NCBI GenBank assembly: GCA_963725665.1 | Contig: CAVRZA010000011.1 | Span: forward strand, 160,001-224,000 | DNA: 64,000 nt | Source: an uncultured Actinomycetes bacterium | Lineage (GTDB): Bacteria > Actinomycetota > Thermoleophilia > UBA2241 | Direction: 5' to 3' | Shown: one piece after another, positions 9,460 to 17,354 of the stretch | Numbering within the stretch: the stretch's first letter is position 1 | Layout of the letters: every line of letters begins with the position of its first letter | Program-made: the position numbers and the translations under genes | Notes under the pieces: generated by a model | Seen by the model: only the letters and a program-made list of their open reading frames with translations | The model's database searches: none | What the model was told of the DNA's origin: nothing

Positions 9460-10769
9460 GCCCGAGAGCCTTCATCGGTCTCCTGCTCGTCTGCGCCGGC
9501 CTGCTCGCGATCGCCGCCACCGGCGACCTACGCCAGCAGATGGCACTGTACCTCACCTGCTGGGCGCTGGCCGTGGCCGGCTACCTGCTGATCGTCTCGG
9601 CGCCGCGCTCCCTGCCCCTGTGGGTCGTCGTGAGCGCGGCGCTCCTTCTCGGCCTCGCCCTGCTGCCGCGCACGCCGAGCCTCTCCGACGACATCTACCG
9701 CTACGTCTGGGACGGCCGCGTGCAGCTTGCCGGACACAACCCCTACCTGCAGGCGCCGGCGAGCGCAGCGTTGAACGACGTCGCCTACGCCCAGCGCGGC
9801 CTCATCAACCACCCCGGCGTGCGCACGATCTACCCGCCCCTCGCCGAGCTCCTGTTCGCCGCCGCGGCGCTTCTCGGCGGAGGGATCGTGGCGCTCAAGC
9901 TGCTCGTGGGACTGGCCGGGCTGTTGACGGCCGGCGCGCTGGCCCTTCTCGCGCCGGCCGAGAGGCGACGCGAGGCGCTCACCCTCTACCTGCTCTGCCC
10001 GCTCGTTATCCAGGAGACGTGGGGATCCGGCCACGTCGAGATCGTCGCCGTTCTGTTCGCCGTGCTCGCCGCGGCACTGGTCGCGCGCGGGCGCGACGGC
10101 TGGGCCGGCCTCTCGCTCGGGCTGGGAGCGGCCGTGAAGCTTACCCCGGCGGCGCTCCTCATCCCGGCGCTCGTCGGCGGCCGGGCGAAGCCCGGCCGCC
10201 TCATCCCAGCCTTCATCCTCGCCTTCGCCCTGCCCTACGTGCCCTACCTGCTCACGGGGGGCGCCCTCGGCTCGCTGCAGGACACGGGAGCGCAGCCGCA
10301 GTCGAACCCTTCCCTCTTCGGCCTCCTCGACCTGGTGCTGCCCTACCGAGCAGCCGTGGCCGTCGCGGCGGCCCTGTTCGTGGCGGGCGCCGTGCTGATC
10401 GCGCGCCGGCTGCGCGGGCGCGCGCGCACGGCGCCCGCCTTCGCCTGGGCCGCCACCCTCTTCGTCCTGCTGCTGCCGGTTGCCCAGCCGTGGTACTGGC
10501 TCACCCCGCTGGCGCTCGGCATCGCCGGCGGCGTGCTCCTGCCCCTGTTCCTGGGCCTCGCGGCGCCATTCGGCTACGCCGCCTTCGCCTACCCGAGCTT
10601 CAAGCGCTGGGCGGCGCTTGTGACCTACCTGCCGCTCCTGACGCTCGTCCCGAGCCTTCTCCGTTGGATCCACGGGAGAAGGAGCGGCGAGACAGACCTA
10701 CCCCACGACGAGCTCGCCGCAGCAGCACACGACGCAGGCGGCGGGACCACGCGCGTGGAGTATCCTTAG
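9447..10769 (+). CDS. GT-C fold membrane glycosyltransferase (GT87/DUF2029-like)
   Basis: Polytopic protein with SDDIYRYVWDGRVQLAGHNPY, TIYPP, GHVE, VKL and QPWY motifs. Confidence 0.8.
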   Translation: MMGPRPRAFIGLLLVCAGLLAIAATGDLRQQMALYLTCWALAVAGYLLIVSAPRSLPLWVVVSAALLLGLALLPRTPSLSDDIYRYVWDGRVQLAGHNPYLQAPASAALNDVAYAQRGLINHPGVRTIYPPLAELLFAAAALLGGGIVALKLLVGLAGLLTAGALALLAPAERRREALTLYLLCPLVIQETWGSGHVEIVAVLFAVLAAALVARGRDGWAGLSLGLGAAVKLTPAALLIPALVGGRAKPGRLIPAFILAFALPYVPYLLTGGALGSLQDTGAQPQSNPSLFGLLDLVLPYRAAVAVAAALFVAGAVLIARRLRGRARTAPAFAWAATLFVLLLPVAQPWYWLTPLALGIAGGVLLPLFLGLAAPFGYAAFAYPSFKRWAALVTYLPLLTLVPSLLRWIHGRRSGETDLPHDELAAAAHDAGGGTTRVEYP

Positions 10770-10776
10770 TCCTATC

Positions 10777-12660
10777 GTGGCACTGGACGAACGCAAGCTC
10801 GCCGTCGCCATCGTCGCACGCCCGCCGATCCCCGGACTGGTGAAGACACGGCTCGCCGAATCGCTCGGGGAACAGCGCGCCTGCGAGGTCTACCTCACCC
10901 TCCTGCGCGAGACGATGGCCTCGCTCGCGCGACTGGACGGCGACGACCTTTTCCTGGCGCTCGCTCCCGGCCGCGATGGACAGATGCCTCTCGCGGGGCA
11001 GGACACACTCCGCCTCCTTGGCCTCCCGAACGGCGACACCTGGACCGTCCTCTCCCAGCGTGGCGCCCACCTCGGCGAACGCCTCGGCAACCTGCTCGAG
11101 GATCTCTTCGCGCACGGCTACGAGCAGGCCGTCATCGTCAACAGCGACAGCCCCGGCCTGCCGGTCGAGTACCTCGAGACGACGGGCCGCTGGCTGTCGG
11201 AGGGCAACGGCGACGGGCACGCCGGAGTCGTCTTCGGCCCCACGCCCGACGGCGGCTTCTACCTCGTCGCCGTGGCGCGCCCGGCATGGCTGCGCCACGG
11301 GCGCGCCGTCAAAGCCGCACTGGCGCGCGGGCCGATGGGCACGAGCGAGGCGCTCGAGAGCGTCATCGCGGCACTCCGCGAAGAAGGCCTGCGCTCGCGA
11401 CTGCTCCCCTTCTGGGTCGACGTCGACGACGAGACCGATCTGGCCCTGGCCGGTCGTCTCCTCCCCCAGACCGGATGGGCCCCGCAAGGCCACCCGCGAG
11501 GTGAGCCGCTCGTCGAGTTGCGTGAGGTCTTCCTGCACGTCACCAACCGCTGCGGCACGCGCTGCCCCCACTGCTATGCGCGCCTGAAGGACGACACCGC
11601 CGAGGAGCTCGCCACCGACCAGTGGCGGAGGGTGATCGATGAGGCGGCCGCCCTCGGTGCGCGCAGCTTCGTCCTTCTGGGCGGCGACCCGTTCGCACGC
11701 CGGGACATCTTGGAGCTCATCGATCACGTCACTGGGCCGCTGCAGCGCAAGGCGCGTGTCTTCTTCAACCGTGAGCTCTCACCCGAGGCGGCACGGCGCC
11801 TGGCCACCGTGGGACGCGGCCGGCTGACGCCGTTGCTCAGTCTCGACGGGCCACCGGCCATCAACGACGAGCTGCGCGGAGCGGGCAACTTCGACGCCGC
11901 GATGCGCTCGCTCGAGAGCCTGCAGGCCGCCGGCCTGCAGCCCGTCCTCAACACAGTCGCCCTGCGGCCGGTGCTCCCGGGGCTGCCGGAGTTGGCGCGC
12001 ACCGTCGGCGAGCGCGGCGTGAGAAGGCTGCACCTGATCCTGCCCCACCAGCGCGGTGGCCTCGAGGAGCACCTGGAGATGGCGCCCAGCGGCGAGGAGC
12101 TCCTGACCGCCTTCGAGGAGCTGCTGCCCGCGGCAGCCGAGGCCGGCGTCGTGGTCGACAACCTGGTTGCCTGGAAGCGGCGGCTGCGCGCGCCGCAGGA
12201 TTTCTGCAACGCCGGCTGCAAGGACATCGCCATCGATCCCTCCGGCCTCGTCTATGCGTGCGCTATCACGTGCGGCGACCCTGCCTTCGTGGCCGGTGAC
12301 ACGCGTCAGCAGAGCCTCGAGGACATCTGGCGCCACTCGCCCGCCTTCCGACTGCTGCGGGCCGCGCGCGCCCGCGACCGCGCCGCGTGCGCCGCCTGCG
12401 ACGTCGTCGACGCCTGCGGCGGCGAGTGCTGGATGCAGGCGCACTACGCGGCGCGCGCCCGCGGGCGCGCCGGCGGCTTCGGCGCCGAGTTCCCCTACTG
12501 CGGGCTGGTACGGCCTTTCTTGCGCGAGCTGGCCCGCAGCGCCGAGGAGGCCAGCGAGGTCACCGTTCTGGGCGGGCGGTGCAGCGCCGATGAAGTGACC
12601 GTGCTCAGGGGGCAGCGCGGCGCCGGCGAGGCTGATCTCACCCTATTCGACTGCATATGA
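10777..12660 (+). CDS. Fusion: TIGR04282/DUF2064-type transferase plus radical SAM/SPASM domain
   Basis: N-terminal ARPPIPGLVKTRLA, QRGAHLGERL, SDSP, GPTPDGGFYL and DVDDETDL motifs. C-terminal CGTRCPHC (CxxxCxxC), GGDP, and SPASM cysteines CNAG...YAC...CAACDVVDACGGEC...PYC. Confidence 0.88.
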   Translation: MALDERKLAVAIVARPPIPGLVKTRLAESLGEQRACEVYLTLLRETMASLARLDGDDLFLALAPGRDGQMPLAGQDTLRLLGLPNGDTWTVLSQRGAHLGERLGNLLEDLFAHGYEQAVIVNSDSPGLPVEYLETTGRWLSEGNGDGHAGVVFGPTPDGGFYLVAVARPAWLRHGRAVKAALARGPMGTSEALESVIAALREEGLRSRLLPFWVDVDDETDLALAGRLLPQTGWAPQGHPRGEPLVELREVFLHVTNRCGTRCPHCYARLKDDTAEELATDQWRRVIDEAAALGARSFVLLGGDPFARRDILELIDHVTGPLQRKARVFFNRELSPEAARRLATVGRGRLTPLLSLDGPPAINDELRGAGNFDAAMRSLESLQAAGLQPVLNTVALRPVLPGLPELARTVGERGVRRLHLILPHQRGGLEEHLEMAPSGEELLTAFEELLPAAAEAGVVVDNLVAWKRRLRAPQDFCNAGCKDIAIDPSGLVYACAITCGDPAFVAGDTRQQSLEDIWRHSPAFRLLRAARARDRAACAACDVVDACGGECWMQAHYAARARGRAGGFGAEFPYCGLVRPFLRELARSAEEASEVTVLGGRCSADEVTVLRGQRGAGEADLTLFDCI

Positions 12661-13448
12661 GGCTACTGACGGGCGCGGTCGTGGACCGGGCACAGGAAGC
12701 GGACGAGAAGTCCCGAGGAATGATCAGCGTCGTCATCCCCGCCCTCGACGAGGAGCTCCTCCTGCCACGCTGCCTGGCCTCGCTCGAGGACCAGATCGAG
12801 CACGAGCTCATCGTCGTCGACGGCGGCAGCCACGACCGGACGATCGACCTCGCGGAGAGCGCCGGGGCGCTGGTCGTGCGCAGCCCGCGCGCCAACCGCG
12901 GTCTGCAAATGAACCTCGGGGCGCGCCGCGCTCGGAGCGACGTGCTGCTCTTCCTGCACGCCGACTCCTGCCTGCCACCGGGGGCGCTCGCGGCTGTCGA
13001 GGCGCTGCTGGGCAGCCGTGACGACGTCGTCGGCGGCTGCTTCACGATGCGCCTCGACAGCCGCTCTCCCCTCTGCCGCCTCGTGGCTTGGGGTGGGGAC
13101 CTCTACCACCGCACGGGCCGCTCGCTCTTCGGCGACCGAGGCGTCTTCGTACGCCGCGACGCTTTCGAAGCCGCAGGCGGCTTCCGCGAGCTGCCGATCA
13201 TGGAAGACGTCGACCTCGGCCGCCGCCTACGGGAGTCGCGGGGGCCTTCAGGCGCGCGCGAAAAGAGACGACTGGTGATGCTGCCAGGCCCAGTCGTCAG
13301 CAGCGCGCGCGCCTTCGAGCGCCAGGGGGCCCTGCGTCTGCTGGCACGGATCCTGCTGGCCTGCGCCGCCTATAAGTGCGGGCTGCCGACCGACCACATC
13401 GCCCGCCTCTATCCTGGAGTGGCGGGAGGCCGGCTCATCGCCAACTGA
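12657..13448 (+). CDS. TIGR04283-type GT2 glycosyltransferase (alternative start at 12720)
   Basis: ISVVIPALDEE, VVDGGSHD, QMNLGA, LFLHADS, FGD, GGF..IMEDV and SSAR motifs. Confidence 0.88.
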   Translation: MRLLTGAVVDRAQEADEKSRGMISVVIPALDEELLLPRCLASLEDQIEHELIVVDGGSHDRTIDLAESAGALVVRSPRANRGLQMNLGARRARSDVLLFLHADSCLPPGALAAVEALLGSRDDVVGGCFTMRLDSRSPLCRLVAWGGDLYHRTGRSLFGDRGVFVRRDAFEAAGGFRELPIMEDVDLGRRLRESRGPSGAREKRRLVMLPGPVVSSARAFERQGALRLLARILLACAAYKCGLPTDHIARLYPGVAGGRLIAN

Positions 13449-13550
13449 GCCGGTCCCGCACCTCGAGTGGACACCGCTGTGTCAGCGGCTCGCTGTCGAG
13501 ACAGGCAACACCGTGTCTTGCCCGGTGGTAGCCGCGCCCCGCGGCCACTG

Positions 13551-14237
13551 TCACGTCCGCTCGCCTCTTGGCGTGCCGATCAGGTACACGGCGACGTAGA
13601 CGAAAAGGAACAGCAACGCGAACAGCAACGTGAAGCCGAGCATGCGCACGTTGGCGTTGGGCTGGTTTGCCCGGTCCCAGGCCTTGTCGGCCAGCGCCAG
13701 CGGAGCCTGGAACACATACCAGCTGTTCCAGCCTAAGAAACGGCCCAGGTAGATGCCGACGCTGCCCAGCGCCGTGACGAGCGCCACGAGCAGCCAGCCT
13801 GCCACGCTCCCCGCCGCCCGGCTCACGATCTCCTGCATGAGGCGCAGAGACACGACGCCCAGCAGCAGCCCGGTCCAGGCATACCAGGCGATGAGCATCA
13901 CGTCGTACCAGCCGGGGACGTTGTCGTGGAACTCACCGAGGTGCACGAAGTCGGTCACGATGTACGGCGCGTTGGGAAAGAACAGCAGCCACACGATCGC
14001 CGTGAGCACGACGAGGAGGCGCGATAGGGCGCTGCGCCTGGTGGCCATCCGGTAGGCCAGCGCCGCCAGCACCAGGGGGATCCAGGCGAGGAATAGGTTC
14101 CAGACCAGGAACTGGAAGTTGGACGTGTGGCTGTAGGCCGTGCGCGCCACCACGAGGGCGACGCACATGGCCGAGGCCAGCCCCAGCAGCGTGAAGACCG
14201 CTGCATTGGAACGGCCGACGGTGGACTTGACCGGCAC
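13551..14237 (-). CDS. DUF1361 family membrane protein
   Basis: FLVWNLFLAWIP, WLLFFPNAPYIVTDFVHL and GIYLGRFLGWNSW motifs; GTG at 14237 with a GGGAGG RBS. Confidence 0.85.
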   Translation of the reverse strand: MPVKSTVGRSNAAVFTLLGLASAMCVALVVARTAYSHTSNFQFLVWNLFLAWIPLVLAALAYRMATRRSALSRLLVVLTAIVWLLFFPNAPYIVTDFVHLGEFHDNVPGWYDVMLIAWYAWTGLLLGVVSLRLMQEIVSRAAGSVAGWLLVALVTALGSVGIYLGRFLGWNSWYVFQAPLALADKAWDRANQPNANVRMLGFTLLFALLFLFVYVAVYLIGTPRGERT

Positions 14238-14265
14238 GCGAGCCTCCCGTAGCCGACGTCGTTGA

Positions 14266-14352
14266 ACCCTATCATCCGGCAGCGATGGCGAGTCACCCGG
14301 TCGCCCATGGCTGCTCGCAGACGTCTTACACCTTCCTGACAACTCCCTGACA
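14266..14352 (-). promoter_or_regulatory. Three 11-bp-periodic TGT(C/A)A direct repeats upstream of an extended -10 (TGA TAGGGT); putative OmpR/PhoB-family site
   Basis: Plus-strand TTACA at 14326, TGACA at 14337 and TGACA at 14348; acccta at 14266-14271. Confidence 0.5.
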
Positions 14353-14737
14353 GCATGCCTACCGTCCGTCTCGACGATGTGCTTGAGAACACAGCCACGG
14401 CCGGGCATGGGAGAGCCGAATGCGCGTGAGGGGCTCGACACTGAACCCGAGTTCCCGGGCTCGCTGACGGCACAGAGCTTGATAGCATCGTCAGAGGAAG
14501 GCCGATAGACAGCGCCGCGGCCCCGCGGATGCGGCTCTACCTGAGCGCTACCGGCGCCTCGTTGGCCTCCTCGAGCGTGAAGACCGCACATCGGTGCGTC
14601 GGGGATCTCAGCGCCACGAGGCAGCTCCTCGGCGTCGCGGCGCGTGCTGGTAGTCACGCAGCGGGACGACGCGCTCCTGGCAGATCAGAGTGTAGTGGAT
14701 CGAGGGGATGGAGCTCGAGTGGACGGGCGACGACCCG

Positions 14738-15061
14738 CTACTCCCCTCGCGACTCGGGCGACAACTCCTCGACTTCCTGGTACTCCGTGCACTGCCCACA
14801 GTCACACAAAGGCTCATGGCGCCAGGGGAATTCCGGCAACTCCCGCATGTCCACGACCTGTCGCCACCCCTGTTCATGGATGCTGAAGAACCAGAAGCCG
14901 GACGGATCTCCTCCCTCGGGGCGGAAGTACCAGTAGCACTCGCCGGTGCCGCTGCGCCACCCTGCGTTCCGACCCAGGGCCTTTACCTCGGAGAGGGTGA
15001 GATCCTTGCTCTTTCTCTGCCCGCTCGGCTGCCCCCAGGCGTCATCTGTCTTGTCGACCAC
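14738..15061 (-). CDS. Small hypothetical protein with a C-terminal HxxxCxCxxC motif
   Basis: GGGAGG RBS just upstream of the GTG; Trp-rich composition; WRHEPLCDCGQC. Confidence 0.6.
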   Translation of the reverse strand: MVDKTDDAWGQPSGQRKSKDLTLSEVKALGRNAGWRSGTGECYWYFRPEGGDPSGFWFFSIHEQGWRQVVDMRELPEFPWRHEPLCDCGQCTEYQEVEELSPESRGE

Positions 15062-15186
15062 GTACGCCTCCCACGGCTACCTTGCGCGAATGGGTCGCGC
15101 TACCCATTCGCCCTCGCGCCGTATCGTCCTCCCTGCGGGGCCGGCTTGGCTTCAGATGCCTGGCACGCAAGCGAGGCAACGTTCTG

Positions 15187-15768
15187 CTATCGGGGACTGA
15201 GGCTGAGCCGCTCGGCCATGGCCCGGCCCAGCGCCCGCGCCTCGGCCGTGAGCTGCGCATCGGCGGCGGCGTCGCCGGGCTTGTCCGCGCAGGCGCCCAT
15301 GCTCAAGACGGGCACCTCCTGCGGGTTCGACAGGGCCACGAAGCGGCGCATGGCGGCCAGGGTGTCGTCGAGGCCGGTCTCCGCGGCGACGGCGATCAGG
15401 CAAGCGACCTTCGGGGCCAACCATTGGTCGTGGTAGTAACGGGTCGCGTTGCGGTCGATGAACGTCTTCATCTGGCCCGAGACGTTCTCGTAGTAGACCG
15501 GCGTGGCGAGGATGAGGCCATCGGCGGCGTACACCTTCTCGAGGACGCCGGGCATGTCGTCGTCGTGGGGGCACGCGGCGCGCTCACCGCAGTTCCCGTG
15601 CCCGTCGCAGGCGTCGATGCGCAGATCGGCCAGCATGATGCGCGTGCAGCGGCAGCCGCAGCGCTCGAGCTCCTCGAGGACAGCGTCGACGAGGGCGACG
15701 GTGTTGCCGCGCCGGCGAGGGCTGCCGATGACGGCAACGACCTGGGGCTGCGGTTCGCGAGCGCACAC
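15187..15768 (-). CDS. Iron-sulfur flavoprotein / NADPH-dependent FMN reductase (flavodoxin family)
   Basis: GSPRRRGNT, CDGHGNC..RAACPHDDD and ATPVYYENVSGQMKTFIDR motifs. Confidence 0.88.
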   Translation of the reverse strand: MCAREPQPQVVAVIGSPRRRGNTVALVDAVLEELERCGCRCTRIMLADLRIDACDGHGNCGERAACPHDDDMPGVLEKVYAADGLILATPVYYENVSGQMKTFIDRNATRYYHDQWLAPKVACLIAVAAETGLDDTLAAMRRFVALSNPQEVPVLSMGACADKPGDAAADAQLTAEARALGRAMAERLSLSPR

Positions 15769-15841
15769 GTGGGGACCTCCGGGTGATCGCCGGGCGGGGC
15801 GGGCACGATGGGCGAATCAGACCACCGCAGGCGGCGGAGGG

Positions 15842-17035
15842 TCAAGTCCCGATGTCCCCAACCGACAGCACCGCCGCGCCGCGGATGCGGCTCTCCTTGA
15901 GGGCGAGCAGGGCCTCGTTCGCCTCCTCGAGCGGGAACGCCTGCACCTCGGTGCGCACCGGGATCTCGGCTGCGACCCGCAGCAGCTCCAGGGCGTCCTG
16001 CCGCGTGCTGTTGGTCACACTGCGAATGACGCGCTCCTGGTAGATCAGCGGGTACTCGATCGAGGGGATGGGGCTCGAGTGGATGCCGCCGAGGGCGACG
16101 ATGCCGCCCTTGTCGAGCGCCTTCAGGGCAGCGACCACGAGCTCGCCGGCGGGAGCGAAGATGATGGCCGCATCGAGACGGAGGGCGGCATCGTCGCCCG
16201 GCGCCTCGCCCGCGGCGCCGGCCCACACGGCCCCGAGCTCGCGCGCCAGGCGGCGATGCTCCTCTCCCCGCGTGAAGACGAAGACGTCCCAACCGAGGTA
16301 GGTGGCGACCTGCGTGGCGATGTGGGCGGCGGCGCCGAAGCCGTAGAGGCCGAGCCTCCGGCTCGGGCCCGCGCCGGCTTCGGCGCCGCCGCCGCGTGCG
16401 TCGCCTTCCTCGGCCGCCGTCACGGAGGGAGGAGTGACCGCGTCGCCCGGCATGCCGCAGCCGGCCCTGGCGGCGTCCTCGCCGAGCTCCTCTGCATCCT
16501 CCGCCGACATCTCCTGGCTCGGCAGCGTCGGCTCGCCTGTCACGCCAACGAGCCGCAGGCATCGGTAGCCGATGATGCCGGCGCAGAGCAGGGGCGCCAC
16601 GGAGAGGTCGTCCATGGCCTGGTGCAGCGCGTAGCTGAACGCATCCCGGGCTACGACGTACTCGGCGTAGCCGCCGTCGACGTCGTAGCCCGTGAAGAGC
16701 GCGTTCTCGCACAGGTTCTCCTGGCCGCGCCGGCAGTAGCGGCAGGTCTCGTCGGCCCGCCACAGCCAGGGCACGCCGACGCGCTGCCCGACGCGGCGGG
16801 CATCGACCCCCTCGCCGACCTCGACGACCTCGCCCACGATCTGGTGACCAGGCACGACGGGCGACTTGTGCGGCGGCAGCTCTCCCTCGACGGTGTGCAA
16901 GTCGGTGTGGCAGATGCCGCAGGCGCGCACGGCGATAAGCAGCTCACCGCGCCCCGGCCTGGGCTTCGGCAGCTCGACCAGCTCGAGCGGCCGGTCCTCG
17001 ACCGCCCGCGGTGTGCGCAGCAACACCGCCCTCAC
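15842..17035 (-). CDS. Zinc-dependent alcohol dehydrogenase family protein with a ~55-aa acidic insertion
   Basis: CGICHTDLH, PGHQIVG, CRYC..GQENLC, APLLCAGIIGYR and GLYGFGAAAH motifs. Confidence 0.9.
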   Translation of the reverse strand: MRAVLLRTPRAVEDRPLELVELPKPRPGRGELLIAVRACGICHTDLHTVEGELPPHKSPVVPGHQIVGEVVEVGEGVDARRVGQRVGVPWLWRADETCRYCRRGQENLCENALFTGYDVDGGYAEYVVARDAFSYALHQAMDDLSVAPLLCAGIIGYRCLRLVGVTGEPTLPSQEMSAEDAEELGEDAARAGCGMPGDAVTPPSVTAAEEGDARGGGAEAGAGPSRRLGLYGFGAAAHIATQVATYLGWDVFVFTRGEEHRRLARELGAVWAGAAGEAPGDDAALRLDAAIIFAPAGELVVAALKALDKGGIVALGGIHSSPIPSIEYPLIYQERVIRSVTNSTRQDALELLRVAAEIPVRTEVQAFPLEEANEALLALKESRIRGAAVLSVGDIGT

Positions 17036-17192
17036 GGTCGCCTCCTCCGGCAGGTTCGTCCGCCAACGGTGGCAGGCCTTCTCTTGGCGTCTCGCATGAC
17101 CATAATCGCCATTCTGTCACTTCCCACGACGGCTTCCTCCGTCGATGGCCGTAGGCCGTACTCGCCCCACTTCGCACGCTGTTCATCAACAC

Positions 17193-17220
17193 TTGAAAGC
17201 CGCGCCATGCGGCCTACACT
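17193..17220 (+). promoter_or_regulatory. Near-consensus sigma70-type promoter TTGAAA-N16-TACACT
   Basis: TTGAAA at 17193-17198 and TACACT at 17215-17220. Confidence 0.6.
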
Positions 17221-17225
17221 GGAGC

Positions 17226-17306
17226 AACTGTTGGTCCTTGACGGGACCCCCAGAGACGAAGGGCGCTCACCCCGTGGGCCCAACGTGGTGAGCGCCCTCT
17301 TCTTGT
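17226..17306 (+). ncRNA. Candidate ~80-nt small RNA or leader (two hairpins, the second terminator-like)
   Basis: GGTCCT-TGAC-GGGACC hairpin; GGGCGCTCACC...GGTGAGCGCCC stem followed by TCTTCTTGT; lies directly behind the promoter. Confidence 0.35.
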
Positions 17307-17354
17307 CCTCCAATCTCTCCCACAGGACCCAGAGGAGGAATCTCTATGACGATG

